From: Escherichia phage RB3
Reading direction: 5' to 3' (one strand)
Length of the DNA stretch: 64,000 nucleotides
Sequence record: KM606994
In this document: positions 43,164 through 54,271 of the stretch, in pieces
Numbering within the stretch: position 1 is the stretch's first letter
How the letters are laid out: every line of letters begins with the position of its first letter
Notes under the pieces: generated by a model
Seen by the model: only the letters and a program-made list of their open reading frames with translations
Databases searched by the model: none
What the model was told of the DNA's origin: nothing
Made by a program: the position numbers and the translations under genes

Positions 43164-43817
43164 TCAATACTTACAAGATTTCACAGTTTCAATGAAAACA
43201 TTTTTAGCTTTCTGTGAATCAATATTTAAAATTTTTCTATAAGCCTTTAACTTTATAGAATAATTATTCCAGACTAAATTATCAGTCTGTTCATCGTGTT
43301 TATCAATTATATTTAAAAACGAATCAAGCAAGATAAACGTCTCAAACGAAATTATGTTCGATTGCAGAAGTTTAAAAATATAACTTGACTGAACCTTTGG
43401 ATTATATTCAAAGATTTCTTTAAAAGCAGAAACTTCAACTTTTTTACTAAAATAATAAATGTTGCGAATATCTTCTTCAAACTTAAATTTAATTTGCTTT
43501 AAGCGTCCGATATATTCACGATAAAACACAAGCGCATCAGCGTCAGAGATGTCGCCAATCCAAGCATCTTGGTTAGCAACCAAATTACTTATAAAGATTA
43601 AAGCAAGTTCCTTTAATTTATATTTTTCTGATAACTTCTGGAAAAAATACTTATCCCTTCGCTTTTGATAAGCGGCATCAGACACCCGCATGCACCAATT
43701 ATACTTAATTACATCATACTTTCCATTCATATGCTGTTTTATCATTAAGTATAATTTATAAACTGATTTACCATCAATGTATCTTTCACCACCAGCAGGC
43801 ATGCGGAGTTTAATCAT
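43164..43817 (-). CDS. 59: helicase loader gp59
   Basis: 217 aa, equal to T4 gp59. Confidence 0.9.
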   Translation of the reverse strand: MIKLRMPAGGERYIDGKSVYKLYLMIKQHMNGKYDVIKYNWCMRVSDAAYQKRRDKYFFQKLSEKYKLKELALIFISNLVANQDAWIGDISDADALVFYREYIGRLKQIKFKFEEDIRNIYYFSKKVEVSAFKEIFEYNPKVQSSYIFKLLQSNIISFETFILLDSFLNIIDKHDEQTDNLVWNNYSIKLKAYRKILNIDSQKAKNVFIETVKSCKY

Positions 43818-44152
43818 AGCAGAAAATCTAATGTATTAGTTTTTTCACAACGAACAACAGAAGGACGTAAAAGATTTTCGTCAATAGCTTCTGACTGAAT
43901 TTTTTCAATTATACCCGAAGGAATAAATTTAGCAAATTGAGTTTCAGGAATAGAATTTTCTTCTAAGAATGCTGTTGTAGCTTCAAGATAACTCATTCCA
44001 AACTCTTCTACCATTTTTTCAATAATAAATCCATTTTCTTGACGATCAAGAAGCTTTGCTATTTCATCCTTTTCTTTCTTAATTGAAAGTTCTTTTTCTG
44101 AAAGACCGGTCTCATCGACCGGACGAATATCATTTAGAGAAAACTGTGTCAT
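43814..44152 (-). CDS. 33: late transcription co-activator gp33
   Basis: 112 aa from ATG (MTQFSLNDIRPV...); track start is TTG. Confidence 0.8.
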   Translation of the reverse strand: MTQFSLNDIRPVDETGLSEKELSIKKEKDEIAKLLDRQENGFIIEKMVEEFGMSYLEATTAFLEENSIPETQFAKFIPSGIIEKIQSEAIDENLLRPSVVRCEKTNTLDFLL

Positions 44153-44399
44153 AAAGTTCAACTACCTCTTCAGTTTCAGCTTCAAACACATCACGGTTAT
44201 CTTTATGATACAAAGCTAATAGACGATTAAACATCTTACCATCAACGCCAAGTTCATCTTTGGCACGAATTCGAATATCTTTAATCAGTTCATTATAACC
44301 GGAAATTTTCAGTTTATGATCAGATGCTTCTTTAATAAATTTAGCCAAGTCTTCGCCATGGATAGCTTCATCAAATTCAACCATTTCTTTTTTAGCCAT
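44130..44399 (-). CDS. dsbA: DsbA double-stranded DNA-binding protein
   Basis: 89 aa; position between rnh and 33. Confidence 0.75.
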   Translation of the reverse strand: MAKKEMVEFDEAIHGEDLAKFIKEASDHKLKISGYNELIKDIRIRAKDELGVDGKMFNRLLALYHKDNRDVFEAETEEVVELYDTVFSK

Positions 44400-44407
44400 T
44401 ATTCACC

Positions 44408-45325
44408 TCAAAATTCATTAATACTATTAGTTAATTTAGAAAGACCCGCTTTTACAAAATATGAATAAATTTTGCCACGCGGTGGTAATTTATATGAATT
44501 ATAGTAATTCACAATGTTTGAAGCAATATTATCAGGAATATAATCAAAATCAATTAGAACTAAATTTTCTTTATAACGATTATATTCAGATTCTGTGAGA
44601 AGCACCTTAGCTTGCTCACGGTCATTAGCAATAGCTTCAACGATTGAAGTTTTCATTGAAGGAGTCCGTTCACCTTCAACTCTGGTAAACCAAAAGTCAG
44701 AACGTACTTTAACTGAAGCAACGTTATCCTTTTTGTCACCCTTAAGAATTTTAGTCATACAATCAATTTCAGCAGAACCGCTTTTAATTTTAACCCATTT
44801 CTTGTGCATCGGTGACCATTGCTTAACATTTGGATATTTGTGAAGTTGAGTAAAGTCACCGTCCGATGAAATGATTAAAATCTTATGTCCTTCTAAAGAG
44901 AACTTTTTAACAAGAACAGCAATGTGGTCATCTGCTTCATACTTATCAATATCCATAACAATGTATGGCATATAAGCTTTCAATTCATCTATAACTTTAT
45001 GACTGGATTCAAAATAACCTTCCCAGTCCCAAGTAGATTCTTCTCGTGCTTTTCCACGGTTTTTCTTATAATAATAAGCGAAATCACGACGCCAGTATCC
45101 AGATTTCGCGTTATCAATACACAGTACAATTTTAGTGTATCCAAGCGTTTTTGCTTTTTTGACATTAAACTTAATTGAGTTCAATATCAAATGACGAACC
45201 ATTGATAAATTAATTTTTTCTTTATCTGGGAAGTTTACCAGAGCAGTTGAAAGCGCAATTTGACTAAAGTCAATAAAGCAAATTCCTTCTTTGTAATCTT
45301 CATCCAGCATCATTTCTAAATCCAT
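44408..45325 (-). CDS. rnh: RNase H / 5'-3' flap exonuclease
   Basis: 305 aa from ATG (MDLEMMLDEDY...); track start is TTG. Confidence 0.9.
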   Translation of the reverse strand: MDLEMMLDEDYKEGICFIDFSQIALSTALVNFPDKEKINLSMVRHLILNSIKFNVKKAKTLGYTKIVLCIDNAKSGYWRRDFAYYYKKNRGKAREESTWDWEGYFESSHKVIDELKAYMPYIVMDIDKYEADDHIAVLVKKFSLEGHKILIISSDGDFTQLHKYPNVKQWSPMHKKWVKIKSGSAEIDCMTKILKGDKKDNVASVKVRSDFWFTRVEGERTPSMKTSIVEAIANDREQAKVLLTESEYNRYKENLVLIDFDYIPDNIASNIVNYYNSYKLPPRGKIYSYFVKAGLSKLTNSINEF

Positions 45326-45387
45326 ATGAACCTCGTTCAATTAGTGAGATTTCTATTATATACTATCTAAATCTTAAAGTAAACAGG

Positions 45388-45395
45388 TATAAATA
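45388..45395 (+). promoter_or_regulatory. late promoter of gene 34
   Basis: TATAAATA ~35 nt upstream of gene 34 ATG. Confidence 0.7.
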
Positions 45396-45429
45396 CTTAT
45401 TATTGAAAACACAATAGGAGCCCGGGAGA

Positions 45430-48400
45430 ATGGCCGAGATTAAAAGAAAGTTCAGAGCAGAAGATGGTCTGGACGCAGGTGGCGATAAAATAATCAACGT
45501 AGCTTTAGCTGATCGTACCGTAGGAACTGACGGTGTTAACGTTGATTACTTAATTCAAGAAAACACAGTTCAGCAATATGATCCAACTCGTGGATATTTA
45601 AAAGATTTTGTAATCATTTATAATAATCGTTTTTGGGCAGCAACGGATAATATTCCAAAACCTGCTGGAAATTTTAATAGAATTCGTTGGAAAGCATTAC
45701 GTACTGATGCCGTATATACAACCGTATCATCTGGACCATATCAATTAAAATCCGGAGAAGCAATTTCAGTAGATACATCAGTTGGCAATGACATTGAGTT
45801 TACTTTACCACCTTCTCCGCTTGATGGAGAAACCGTAATAATTCAAGATATCGGTGGAAAACCTGGCATAAATCAGGTTAAAATAAATTCTTCAAATCAG
45901 AGTATTGTCAATTTTAGAGGTGAACAGGTACGTTCAGTTTTAATGACTCATCCAAAGTCACAGATGGTATTCATTTTTAATAATCGTTTGTGGCAAATGT
46001 ATATTGCTGATTATAGCAGAGAAGCTGCGATTGTTACTCCATCGACTGCATATCAAGCACAATCTAATGATTTTATCGTACGTAGATTTACTTCTGCCGC
46101 ACCGATTAATGTTAAACTTCCAAGATTTGCCAATCATGGAGATATCATTAATTTCGTTGATTTAGATAAATTAAATCCACTTTATCATACAATTGTTACG
46201 ACATATGATGAAACAACGTCAGTACAAGAAGTTGGAACTCATTCCATTGAAGGTCGTACATCGATTGACGGTTTCTTGATGTTTGATGATAATGAGAAAT
46301 TGTGGAGATTGTTTGATGGGGATAGTAAAGCACGTTTACGCATTATAACAACTAATTCTAATATTCGTCCAAATGAAGAAGTCATGGTATTTGGCGCGAA
46401 TAATGGAACAACCCAAACAATTGAACTTCAGCTTCCGACTGATATTTCTGTTGGTGATACTGTCAAAATTTCCATGAATTACATGAGAAAAGGACAAACG
46501 GTTAAAATCAAAGCTGCAGGTGAAGATAAAATTGCTTCTTCAGTTCAATTGCTGCAATTCCCAAAACGCTCAGAATATCCACCTGAAGCTGAGTGGGTTA
46601 CAGTTCAAGAATTAGTTTTTAACGGTGAAACTAATTATGTTCCAGTTTTGGAGCTTGCTTATATTGAAGATTCTGATGGAAAATATTGGGTTGTACAGCA
46701 AAACGTTCCAACTGTAGAAAGAGTAGATTCTTTAAATGATTCTACTAGAGCAAGATTAGGGGTAATTGCTTTAGCTACACAAGCTCAAGCTAATGCTGAT
46801 TTAGAAAATTCTCCACAAAAAGAATTGGCAATTACTCCAGAAACGTTAGCTAATCGTACTGCTACAGAAACTCGTAGAGGTATTGCAAGAATAGCAACTA
46901 CTGCTCAAGTTAACCAGGATACTACATTCTCTTTTGCTGATGATATTATCATCACTCCTAAAAAGCTGAATGAAAGAACAGCTACTGAAACTCGCAGAGG
47001 TGTTGCTGAAATTGCTACACAGCAAGAAACTAATACAGGAACCGATGATACTACAATCATCACTCCTAAAAAGCTTCAAGCTCGACAAGGTTCTGAATCA
47101 TTATCTGGTATTGTAACTTTTGTATCTACTGCAGGTGCTACTCCAGCTTCTAGCCGTGAATTAAATGGTACGAATGTTTATAATAAAAACACTAATAATT
47201 TAGTTGTTTCACCTAAAGCTTTGGATCAGTATAAAGCTACTCCAACACAGCAAGGTGCAGTAATTTTAGCAGTTGAAAGTGAAGTAATTGCTGGACAAAG
47301 TCAGGAAGGATGGGCAAATGCGGTTGTAACACCAGAAACGTTACATAAAAAGACATCAACTGATGGAAGAATTGGTTTAATTGAAATTGCTACGCAAAGT
47401 GAAGTTAACACAGGAACTGATTATACTCGTGCAGTCACTCCTAAAACTTTAAATGACCGTAGAGCAACTGAAAGTTTAAGTGGTATAGCTGAAATTGCTA
47501 CGCAAGTTGAATTCGACGCAGGCGTCGACGATACTCGTATCTCTACACCATTAAAAATTAAAACCAGATTTAATAGTACTGATCGTACTTCTGTTGTTGC
47601 TCTATCTGGATTAGTTGAATCAGGAACTCTCTGGGACCATTATACCCTCAATATTCTTGAAGCAAATGAGACACAACGTGGTACACTTCGTGTAGCTACA
47701 CAAGTTGAAGCTGCTGCAGGAACATTAGATAATGTTTTAATAACTCCTAAAAAGCTTTTAGGTACTAAATCTACTGAAGCGCAAGAAGGTGTTATTAAAG
47801 TTGCAACTCAGTCTGAAACTGTGACTGGAACATCAGCAAATACTGCTGTATCTCCAAAAAATTTAAAATGGATCGTGCAGAGCGAACCTACTTGGGCAGC
47901 AACTACTGCAGTAAGAGGCTTTGTTAAAACTTCATCTGGTTCAATTACATTCGTTGGTAATGATACGGTAGGTTCAACACAGCCATTAGAATCATATGAG
48001 AAAAATAGCTATGCAGTATCACCATATGAATTAAACCGTGTATTAGCAAATTATCTGCCGTTAAAAGCAAAAGCTGTAGATAGTAATTTATTGGATGGTC
48101 TAGATTCATCTCAGTTCATTCGTAGGGATATTGCGCAGACGGTTAATGGTTCACTAACCTTAACCCAACAAACGAATCTGAGTGCCCCTCTTGTATCATC
48201 TAGTACTGCTACGTTTGGTGGTTCAGTTACGGCAAATAGTGTACTAACTATTTCTAATACTGGAACAGAAACTCATCTGATTTTTGAGAAAGGACCTCAA
48301 ACTGGAACTAACCAAGCACAGACGGTGACTATTAGAGTGTGGGGTAATCAATTTAGTGGGGAATCAGATACAACACGTTCTACTGTATTTGAAGTTGGTG

Positions 48401-49299
48401 ATGAAACGTCTAATCACTTTTATTCTCAGCGCAATAAAGCTGGAAATATAACATTTAATATCAACGGTACAGTAACACCTATAAATGTTAATGCTTCAGG
48501 AACATTGAATGCAAATGGTGTAGCAACATTTGGTAATTCAGTCACTGCAACTGGTGAAATTATTTCTCGAAGCGCAAATGCTTTCCGTGCTATTAACGGA
48601 AATTATGGTTTCATTGTTCGCAATGATGGATCAGTAACGAATTTTATGCTTACTGCATCGGGTGATCAGACTGGCGGATTTAATGGATTACGTCCTTTAG
48701 CTATTAATAATGCATCTGGCCAAGTAACGATTGGTGAAAGCTTAATCATTGCAAAAGGTGCTACTATAAGTTCGGGTGGTTTGACTGTTAACTCGAGAAT
48801 TCGTTCTCAGGGTACTAAAACCTCTGATTTATATACCCGTGCGCCAACATCTGATACAGTAGGATTCTGGTCAATCGATATTAATGATTCAGCCACTTAT
48901 AACCAGTTTCCGGGTTATTTTAAAATGGTTGAAAAAACTAATGAAGTGACTGGACTTCCATACTTAGAACGTGGTGAAGAAGTTAAATCTCCTGGTACAT
49001 TGACTCAGTTTGGTAACACACTTGATTCACTTTACCAAGATTGGATTACTTATCCAACGACCCCAGAAGCACGTACCACTCGCTGGACGCGTACATGGCA
49101 GAAAACTAAAAATTCTTGGTCAAGTTTTGTTCAGGTATTTGATGGAGGTAACCCTCCTCAACCTTCGGATATAGGAGCAATCCCATCTGATAATGGAATA
49201 ATAGGTAATCTTACTATTCGTGATTTCTTACGAATTGGTAATGTTCGCATTATTCCTGACCCAGTGAATAAAACTGTTAAATTTGAATGGGTTGAATAA
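45430..49299 (+). CDS. 34: long tail fibre proximal subunit gp34
   Basis: 1289 aa; internal repeats; late promoter upstream. Confidence 0.9.
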   Translation: MAEIKRKFRAEDGLDAGGDKIINVALADRTVGTDGVNVDYLIQENTVQQYDPTRGYLKDFVIIYNNRFWAATDNIPKPAGNFNRIRWKALRTDAVYTTVSSGPYQLKSGEAISVDTSVGNDIEFTLPPSPLDGETVIIQDIGGKPGINQVKINSSNQSIVNFRGEQVRSVLMTHPKSQMVFIFNNRLWQMYIADYSREAAIVTPSTAYQAQSNDFIVRRFTSAAPINVKLPRFANHGDIINFVDLDKLNPLYHTIVTTYDETTSVQEVGTHSIEGRTSIDGFLMFDDNEKLWRLFDGDSKARLRIITTNSNIRPNEEVMVFGANNGTTQTIELQLPTDISVGDTVKISMNYMRKGQTVKIKAAGEDKIASSVQLLQFPKRSEYPPEAEWVTVQELVFNGETNYVPVLELAYIEDSDGKYWVVQQNVPTVERVDSLNDSTRARLGVIALATQAQANADLENSPQKELAITPETLANRTATETRRGIARIATTAQVNQDTTFSFADDIIITPKKLNERTATETRRGVAEIATQQETNTGTDDTTIITPKKLQARQGSESLSGIVTFVSTAGATPASSRELNGTNVYNKNTNNLVVSPKALDQYKATPTQQGAVILAVESEVIAGQSQEGWANAVVTPETLHKKTSTDGRIGLIEIATQSEVNTGTDYTRAVTPKTLNDRRATESLSGIAEIATQVEFDAGVDDTRISTPLKIKTRFNSTDRTSVVALSGLVESGTLWDHYTLNILEANETQRGTLRVATQVEAAAGTLDNVLITPKKLLGTKSTEAQEGVIKVATQSETVTGTSANTAVSPKNLKWIVQSEPTWAATTAVRGFVKTSSGSITFVGNDTVGSTQPLESYEKNSYAVSPYELNRVLANYLPLKAKAVDSNLLDGLDSSQFIRRDIAQTVNGSLTLTQQTNLSAPLVSSSTATFGGSVTANSVLTISNTGTETHLIFEKGPQTGTNQAQTVTIRVWGNQFSGESDTTRSTVFEVGDETSNHFYSQRNKAGNITFNINGTVTPINVNASGTLNANGVATFGNSVTATGEIISRSANAFRAINGNYGFIVRNDGSVTNFMLTASGDQTGGFNGLRPLAINNASGQVTIGESLIIAKGATISSGGLTVNSRIRSQGTKTSDLYTRAPTSDTVGFWSIDINDSATYNQFPGYFKMVEKTNEVTGLPYLERGEEVKSPGTLTQFGNTLDSLYQDWITYPTTPEARTTRWTRTWQKTKNSWSSFVQVFDGGNPPQPSDIGAIPSDNGIIGNLTIRDFLRIGNVRIIPDPVNKTVKFEWVE

Positions 49300-49307
49300 G
49301 AGGTATT

Positions 49308-50423
49308 ATGGAAAAATTTATGGCAGAGTTTGGACAAGGATATGTCCAAACGCCATTTTTATCGGAAAGCAATTCAGTAAGATATAAAATAAGCATAGCG
49401 GGTTCTTGCCCGCTTTCTACTGCGGGGCCATATGTTAAATTTCAGGATAATCCCGTTGGAAATCAAACATTTAGTGCAGGTCTTCATTTAAGAGTTTTTG
49501 ACCCTTCTACAGGAGCATTAGTTGATAGTAAGTCATATGCTTTTTCTGCTTCAAACAATACAACATCTACCGCTTTTGTCAGTTTCATGAATTCTTTGTC
49601 AAACAATAGACTTGTTGCTATATTAACTAGCGGAAAGGTTAATTTTCCTCCTGAAGTGGTATCTTGGTTAAGGGGAGCAGGAACTTCAGTTTTTCCATCA
49701 GATTCAGTATTGTCAAGATTTGACGTGTCATATGCTGCTTTTTACACTTCTTCTAAAAGAGCTATCGCATTAGAGCATGTTAAACTAAGTAATAGAAAAA
49801 GCACAGATGACTATCAAACTATGTTAGATGTTGTATTTGATAGTTTAGAAGACGTCGGAGCTACAGGATTTCCTAAAAGAACATACGAAAGCGTTGAGCA
49901 ATTTATGTCTGCGGTTGGTGGAACTAATAACGAAATTGCGCGATTGCCAACTTCAGCTGCTATAAGTAAACTTTCTGACTACAATTTAATTCCTGGTGAT
50001 GTTCTTTATCTTAAAGCACAACTATATGCTGATGCTGATTTACTTGATCTTGGAACTGCAAATATATCTATTCGTTTTTATGATGCATCAAATGGATATA
50101 TTTCCTCGACCCAAGCTGAGTTTACTGGGCAAGCTGGGTCTTGGGAATTAAAAGAAGATTATGTAGTTGTTCCTGAAAATGCAGTAGGATTTACGATATA
50201 TGCACAAAGAACTGCCCAAGCAGGTCAAGGCGGCATGAGAAATTTAAGCTTTTCTGAAGTATCAAGAAATGGCGGAATTTCGAAACCTGCTGAATTTGGT
50301 GTCAATGGCATTCGTGTTAATTATATCGGTGAATCCTCTTCACCTCCAGATATAATGGTACTTCCTACACAGGCATCGTCTAAAACTGGTAAAGTGTTTG
50401 GACAGGAATTTAGAGAAGTTTAA
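49308..50423 (+). CDS. 35: long tail fibre hinge protein gp35
   Basis: 371 aa; terminator downstream. Confidence 0.85.
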   Translation: MEKFMAEFGQGYVQTPFLSESNSVRYKISIAGSCPLSTAGPYVKFQDNPVGNQTFSAGLHLRVFDPSTGALVDSKSYAFSASNNTTSTAFVSFMNSLSNNRLVAILTSGKVNFPPEVVSWLRGAGTSVFPSDSVLSRFDVSYAAFYTSSKRAIALEHVKLSNRKSTDDYQTMLDVVFDSLEDVGATGFPKRTYESVEQFMSAVGGTNNEIARLPTSAAISKLSDYNLIPGDVLYLKAQLYADADLLDLGTANISIRFYDASNGYISSTQAEFTGQAGSWELKEDYVVVPENAVGFTIYAQRTAQAGQGGMRNLSFSEVSRNGGISKPAEFGVNGIRVNYIGESSSPPDIMVLPTQASSKTGKVFGQEFREV

Positions 50424-50427
50424 ACTG

Positions 50428-50456
50428 AGGGAGCCTTCGGGTTCCTTTTTTCTTTA
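50428..50456 (+). terminator. intrinsic terminator after gene 35
   Basis: GGAGCC-UUCG-GGUUCC followed by TTTTTTTCTTT. Confidence 0.7.
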
Positions 50457-50462
50457 TAAATA
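50455..50462 (+). promoter_or_regulatory. late promoter of gene 36
   Basis: TATAAATA ~24 nt upstream of gene 36 ATG, just after the gene 35 terminator. Confidence 0.7.
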
Positions 50463-50485
50463 ATATTAAAATAAAGGGGCATACA

Positions 50486-51136
50486 ATGGCTGATTTAAAA
50501 GTAGGTTCAACTGTTGGTGGATCTGTCATTTGGCATCAAGGAAATTTTCCATTGAATTCAGCCGGTGACGATGTACTCTACAAATCATTTAAAATATATT
50601 CAGAATATAATAAACCGCAGGCAGCTGATAATGATTTCGTTTCTAAAGCTAATGGTGGTACTTACACCGGTCCAATTACTATTAATTACGGGGTAAATAG
50701 TTATCTTCAATTAAGTAATAATGAAACCCCCATCCGAATTCGTTCTGGTGGCGGCACTGGTAATACTCTTGTAGTTGGTGGCTCTTCTGGCGGTATTAGT
50801 TTTAGACCAGCAGGTAGTGAAATCACTACTGGACAAATTACTATTACGCCAGAAGGTTTGACAACATTTACCAAAGCTGTAACGGCTCCATCTGTAACTG
50901 TCACATCTACTCCTTCCGCAGCATCAGATGCTACTCGTAAAGATTATGTTGATGGAGCAATAAATACTGTTACAGCAAATGCAAACTCTAGGGTATTACG
51001 CTCTGGAGACACTATGACAGGAAATTTAACTGCGCCAAACCTTTTTTCACAGAATCCTGCATCTCAACCTTCACACGTTCCACGATTTGACCAAATCGTA
51101 ATTAAGGATTCTGTTCAAGATTTCGGCTATTATTAA
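50486..51136 (+). CDS. 36: long tail fibre distal connector gp36
   Basis: 216 aa; late promoter upstream. Confidence 0.85.
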   Translation: MADLKVGSTVGGSVIWHQGNFPLNSAGDDVLYKSFKIYSEYNKPQAADNDFVSKANGGTYTGPITINYGVNSYLQLSNNETPIRIRSGGGTGNTLVVGGSSGGISFRPAGSEITTGQITITPEGLTTFTKAVTAPSVTVTSTPSAASDATRKDYVDGAINTVTANANSRVLRSGDTMTGNLTAPNLFSQNPASQPSHVPRFDQIVIKDSVQDFGYY

Positions 51137-51144
51137 GAGGACTT

Positions 51145-54100
51145 ATGGCTACTTTAAAACAAATACAATTTAAAAGAAGCAAAACCGCAGGTCAACGTCC
51201 TGCTGCTTCAGTATTAGCCGAAGGTGAATTGGCTATAAACTTAAAAGATAAAACAATTTTCACAAAAGATGACTCAGGTAGTGTTATAGAATTAGGTTTA
51301 AAATATGGAGGAACAATTGATGGTTCTTTAACTGTTAATGGAAGCATAATTGGAAATTTAACAGGTAACGCTGCAACCGCAACGAAATTAAAAACAGCAC
51401 GAAAGATTAATGGTATATCTTTTGATGGGTCAAAGGACATTACCCTAACTCCATCTGACATAAATGTAAATAGTACAACATTTATAAAAAATAATGGTGA
51501 ATTACCTACTGATGCTAATTTAGATACGTATGGGCCCATTGAAGAATATCTTGGTGTTTGGTCGAAATCTACTTCAACAAATGCGCAACCAGCAAATAAA
51601 TTCCCAGAAGAAAATGCCGTAGGTGTACTAGAAGTATTTGTGGCCGGCCAATTTGCTGGCACTCAGCGTTATACTGTAAGATCTGGTAACGTCTATATTC
51701 GTTCCTTATCTGCTAAATGGAATGGCGTCGATGGTCCATGGGGTCCGTGGCGCAATATTCAAACTGGCACACGCCCACTATCAACTACGCTAGACTTGAA
51801 TACTTTAGGTGATGCTTCTCATTTTGGGTTATGGCGAAATAGTTCAAGTTCCATTGCATCATTTTCTCGAAATTACCCAGAAGAAGGTGGTCTCGCGCAA
51901 GGTCTTTTAGAAATTTATGAAGGTGGTAACTATTCTCGCACGCAACGTTATACTACCCGAATGGGTGTTGTATATGTTCGTTGTCTTGCTAGTGCATGGG
52001 ATCCAGAAGCTCCGAATTGGGGACCGTGGCAACAAGTAGGTATGGTTACTCCAAACACATTCTATGACGGGGATCTTAATAATTTTCGTTCTCCTGGCTT
52101 GTATAACATTTTAGGGACTGATGCCGTTATTAACCGTCCAGTTGCAGAAGGTGTTCCGGTTGAGATGACCGGATTGCTTGAGGTTAAACAGCGTGCTTCC
52201 GGTGGCGCTATTTTCCAACGTTTCACTACCGCAGGAACGGGTGCAACTACGCGATCTCGCGTGTTTGAACGTGCGATGACAAATAACATCTGGGGAAATT
52301 GGTACGAAGTATATACGTCCTATTCTATGCCGATCACTCTGGGTATGGGTGGTGTTAAATCTCAATTAGCGGAGCTAGACTGGCAAACCTTTGATTTTGT
52401 CCCTGGTAGTATGTTTAGTGTTCCTTTGAACAAAATAAAGAACATGCCAGCAAATATGGATTGGGGTGCGATTGACGGAAACTTGGTTATGTTTTCTGTC
52501 GGTCCTAGCGAACACACTAGCACAGGGCGTACTGTTCAGGTTTGGCGTGGTACTGTATCCCAGACAAACTACCGTTATTTTGTCGTTCGTGTGTTCGGTA
52601 ATTCTGGAAATATAACTTGTACAGTTCGACGCGTTGTTCTTGAAGATGGTAGCCACAAATGGACAGCGCAACAAGATTTTAATGGTGCAGTTAACTTCGG
52701 TGCTCCTACCAATTTTAACTCTACTGTTAACCTTAATAACACTACCACATTTAAAACAGAAGTTAAATTCCGCTCGTTGAATGCATTCCGTATGTATGGC
52801 GGAAAATTTGGTGCATTTTTACGTAATGATGGAGAGAGTCTTTATATTCTTTCCACCGACGAAAATGATCAAGATGGAAACTTTAATACAAATAGACCTT
52901 TCCGTTATGAATTAAGAACTGGTGATGTTACTTTGGGTGGTACTAGTGGTGCTAACGTTTTAAAATTAAAACGTGATTCTCTCACCGCATTTTTTGGTGG
53001 TGATATTAACATGAAAGGCTTGATGACTTTTGACGCCGGGCGTTTAGGATCACGAGATTATTTTAAATTTAACCATTGGGGTGATAGTAATAATGGTCGT
53101 GATAACATCATTCAGTTAGAAGATAGTCAAGGCGCTCATTTTTCCACTGAACGTACTTTAGCGACAGGTGCAATTAAAACTCGTTTCTTTGGCGAAACAT
53201 TCACTGATGGTACATTATACCTAAATCAGATGAATAATAGTTCTGAACGATTCTCTATTAATAATTGGGGAAATTCAGAAGTTGGTCGCCCGGCAGTGTT
53301 GGAAGTCGGTGATTCTAAAGGTTATCACTTCTATACGGAACGCAGGACAGATAACAGTTTGATGTTTGATGTTGCTGGCGATTTTACTGCGCATGGACCT
53401 TCCGGGATTACTATCAAAACCTCTACTGGTGCTCGCCATATCTGGTTTAGAGATGATAGCGATGCAGAAAAGGCTGTTATCTGGGCTACAGATGAGGGTA
53501 TTTTACATATACGAAATAATCATGGTGGTTCATTTAGTCATCACTTCCAGGGTGCAATGATTAAAGCGGGAGAGCGTGTTCCTTATGCCGGAGATCAAGG
53601 GCTTATTCGCGGTGAAGTTTCTGGTGGTGCTTATGTGAATTGGAGAGACCGCCCTGCTGGTTTGTTGCTTGACTGTCAACAAAGCGTTGATAGTGCTCAT
53701 GCTATTTGGAAAGCGGTTGATTGGGGGCGTAACTTCATCGCTGCTTTGGACGTTCATTGTCCCGGTGATAGTAATAATACTGCGGCAGCGATTCTCCATG
53801 TTCAGTCTGCTGATTATCAATTCCATGCAAGTGGAGAATTTCATGCCACTGGTAACGGAAACTTTAACGATGTTTATATTCGATCAGACCGTCGCCTCAA
53901 AGAAAACATCGAAGATTATATAGGAAATGCGTTAAGTTTGATTGGCAAACTGAAAGTGAAAACTTACGATAAAGTTAAATCTCTTAAGGACCGTGAAATT
54001 ATCGGTCATGAGATCGGCATTATCGCACAGGATTTACAGGAAATATTACCAGAAGCTGTAAAATCTTCAAAGGTTGGCAATCTTGATAATCCAGACGATG

Positions 54101-54237
54101 TTCTGACAATTTCTAACTCTGCTGTGAATGCTCTTTTAATTAAGGCTATTCAGGAAATGAGTGAAGAAATTAAAGAATTGAAAACGCCTCTCTTTACTAA
54201 AATTATTCGCAAAATTAGTAAATATTTTAAATTCTAA
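51145..54237 (+). CDS. 37: long tail fibre distal subunit gp37, T2-type with C-terminal intramolecular chaperone domain
   Basis: 1030 aa; N-terminus [13 protein letters not shown] as T4 gp37, remainder diverged; C-terminal ...[11 protein letters not shown]... auto-processing motif. Confidence 0.9.
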   Translation: MATLKQIQFKRSKTAGQRPAASVLAEGELAINLKDKTIFTKDDSGSVIELGLKYGGTIDGSLTVNGSIIGNLTGNAATATKLKTARKINGISFDGSKDITLTPSDINVNSTTFIKNNGELPTDANLDTYGPIEEYLGVWSKSTSTNAQPANKFPEENAVGVLEVFVAGQFAGTQRYTVRSGNVYIRSLSAKWNGVDGPWGPWRNIQTGTRPLSTTLDLNTLGDASHFGLWRNSSSSIASFSRNYPEEGGLAQGLLEIYEGGNYSRTQRYTTRMGVVYVRCLASAWDPEAPNWGPWQQVGMVTPNTFYDGDLNNFRSPGLYNILGTDAVINRPVAEGVPVEMTGLLEVKQRASGGAIFQRFTTAGTGATTRSRVFERAMTNNIWGNWYEVYTSYSMPITLGMGGVKSQLAELDWQTFDFVPGSMFSVPLNKIKNMPANMDWGAIDGNLVMFSVGPSEHTSTGRTVQVWRGTVSQTNYRYFVVRVFGNSGNITCTVRRVVLEDGSHKWTAQQDFNGAVNFGAPTNFNSTVNLNNTTTFKTEVKFRSLNAFRMYGGKFGAFLRNDGESLYILSTDENDQDGNFNTNRPFRYELRTGDVTLGGTSGANVLKLKRDSLTAFFGGDINMKGLMTFDAGRLGSRDYFKFNHWGDSNNGRDNIIQLEDSQGAHFSTERTLATGAIKTRFFGETFTDGTLYLNQMNNSSERFSINNWGNSEVGRPAVLEVGDSKGYHFYTERRTDNSLMFDVAGDFTAHGPSGITIKTSTGARHIWFRDDSDAEKAVIWATDEGILHIRNNHGGSFSHHFQGAMIKAGERVPYAGDQGLIRGEVSGGAYVNWRDRPAGLLLDCQQSVDSAHAIWKAVDWGRNFIAALDVHCPGDSNNTAAAILHVQSADYQFHASGEFHATGNGNFNDVYIRSDRRLKENIEDYIGNALSLIGKLKVKTYDKVKSLKDREIIGHEIGIIAQDLQEILPEAVKSSKVGNLDNPDDVLTISNSAVNALLIKAIQEMSEEIKELKTPLFTKIIRKISKYFKF

Positions 54238-54271
54238 CAACAAGGGGGAAATGCCCCCTTTGGAGAAAATT

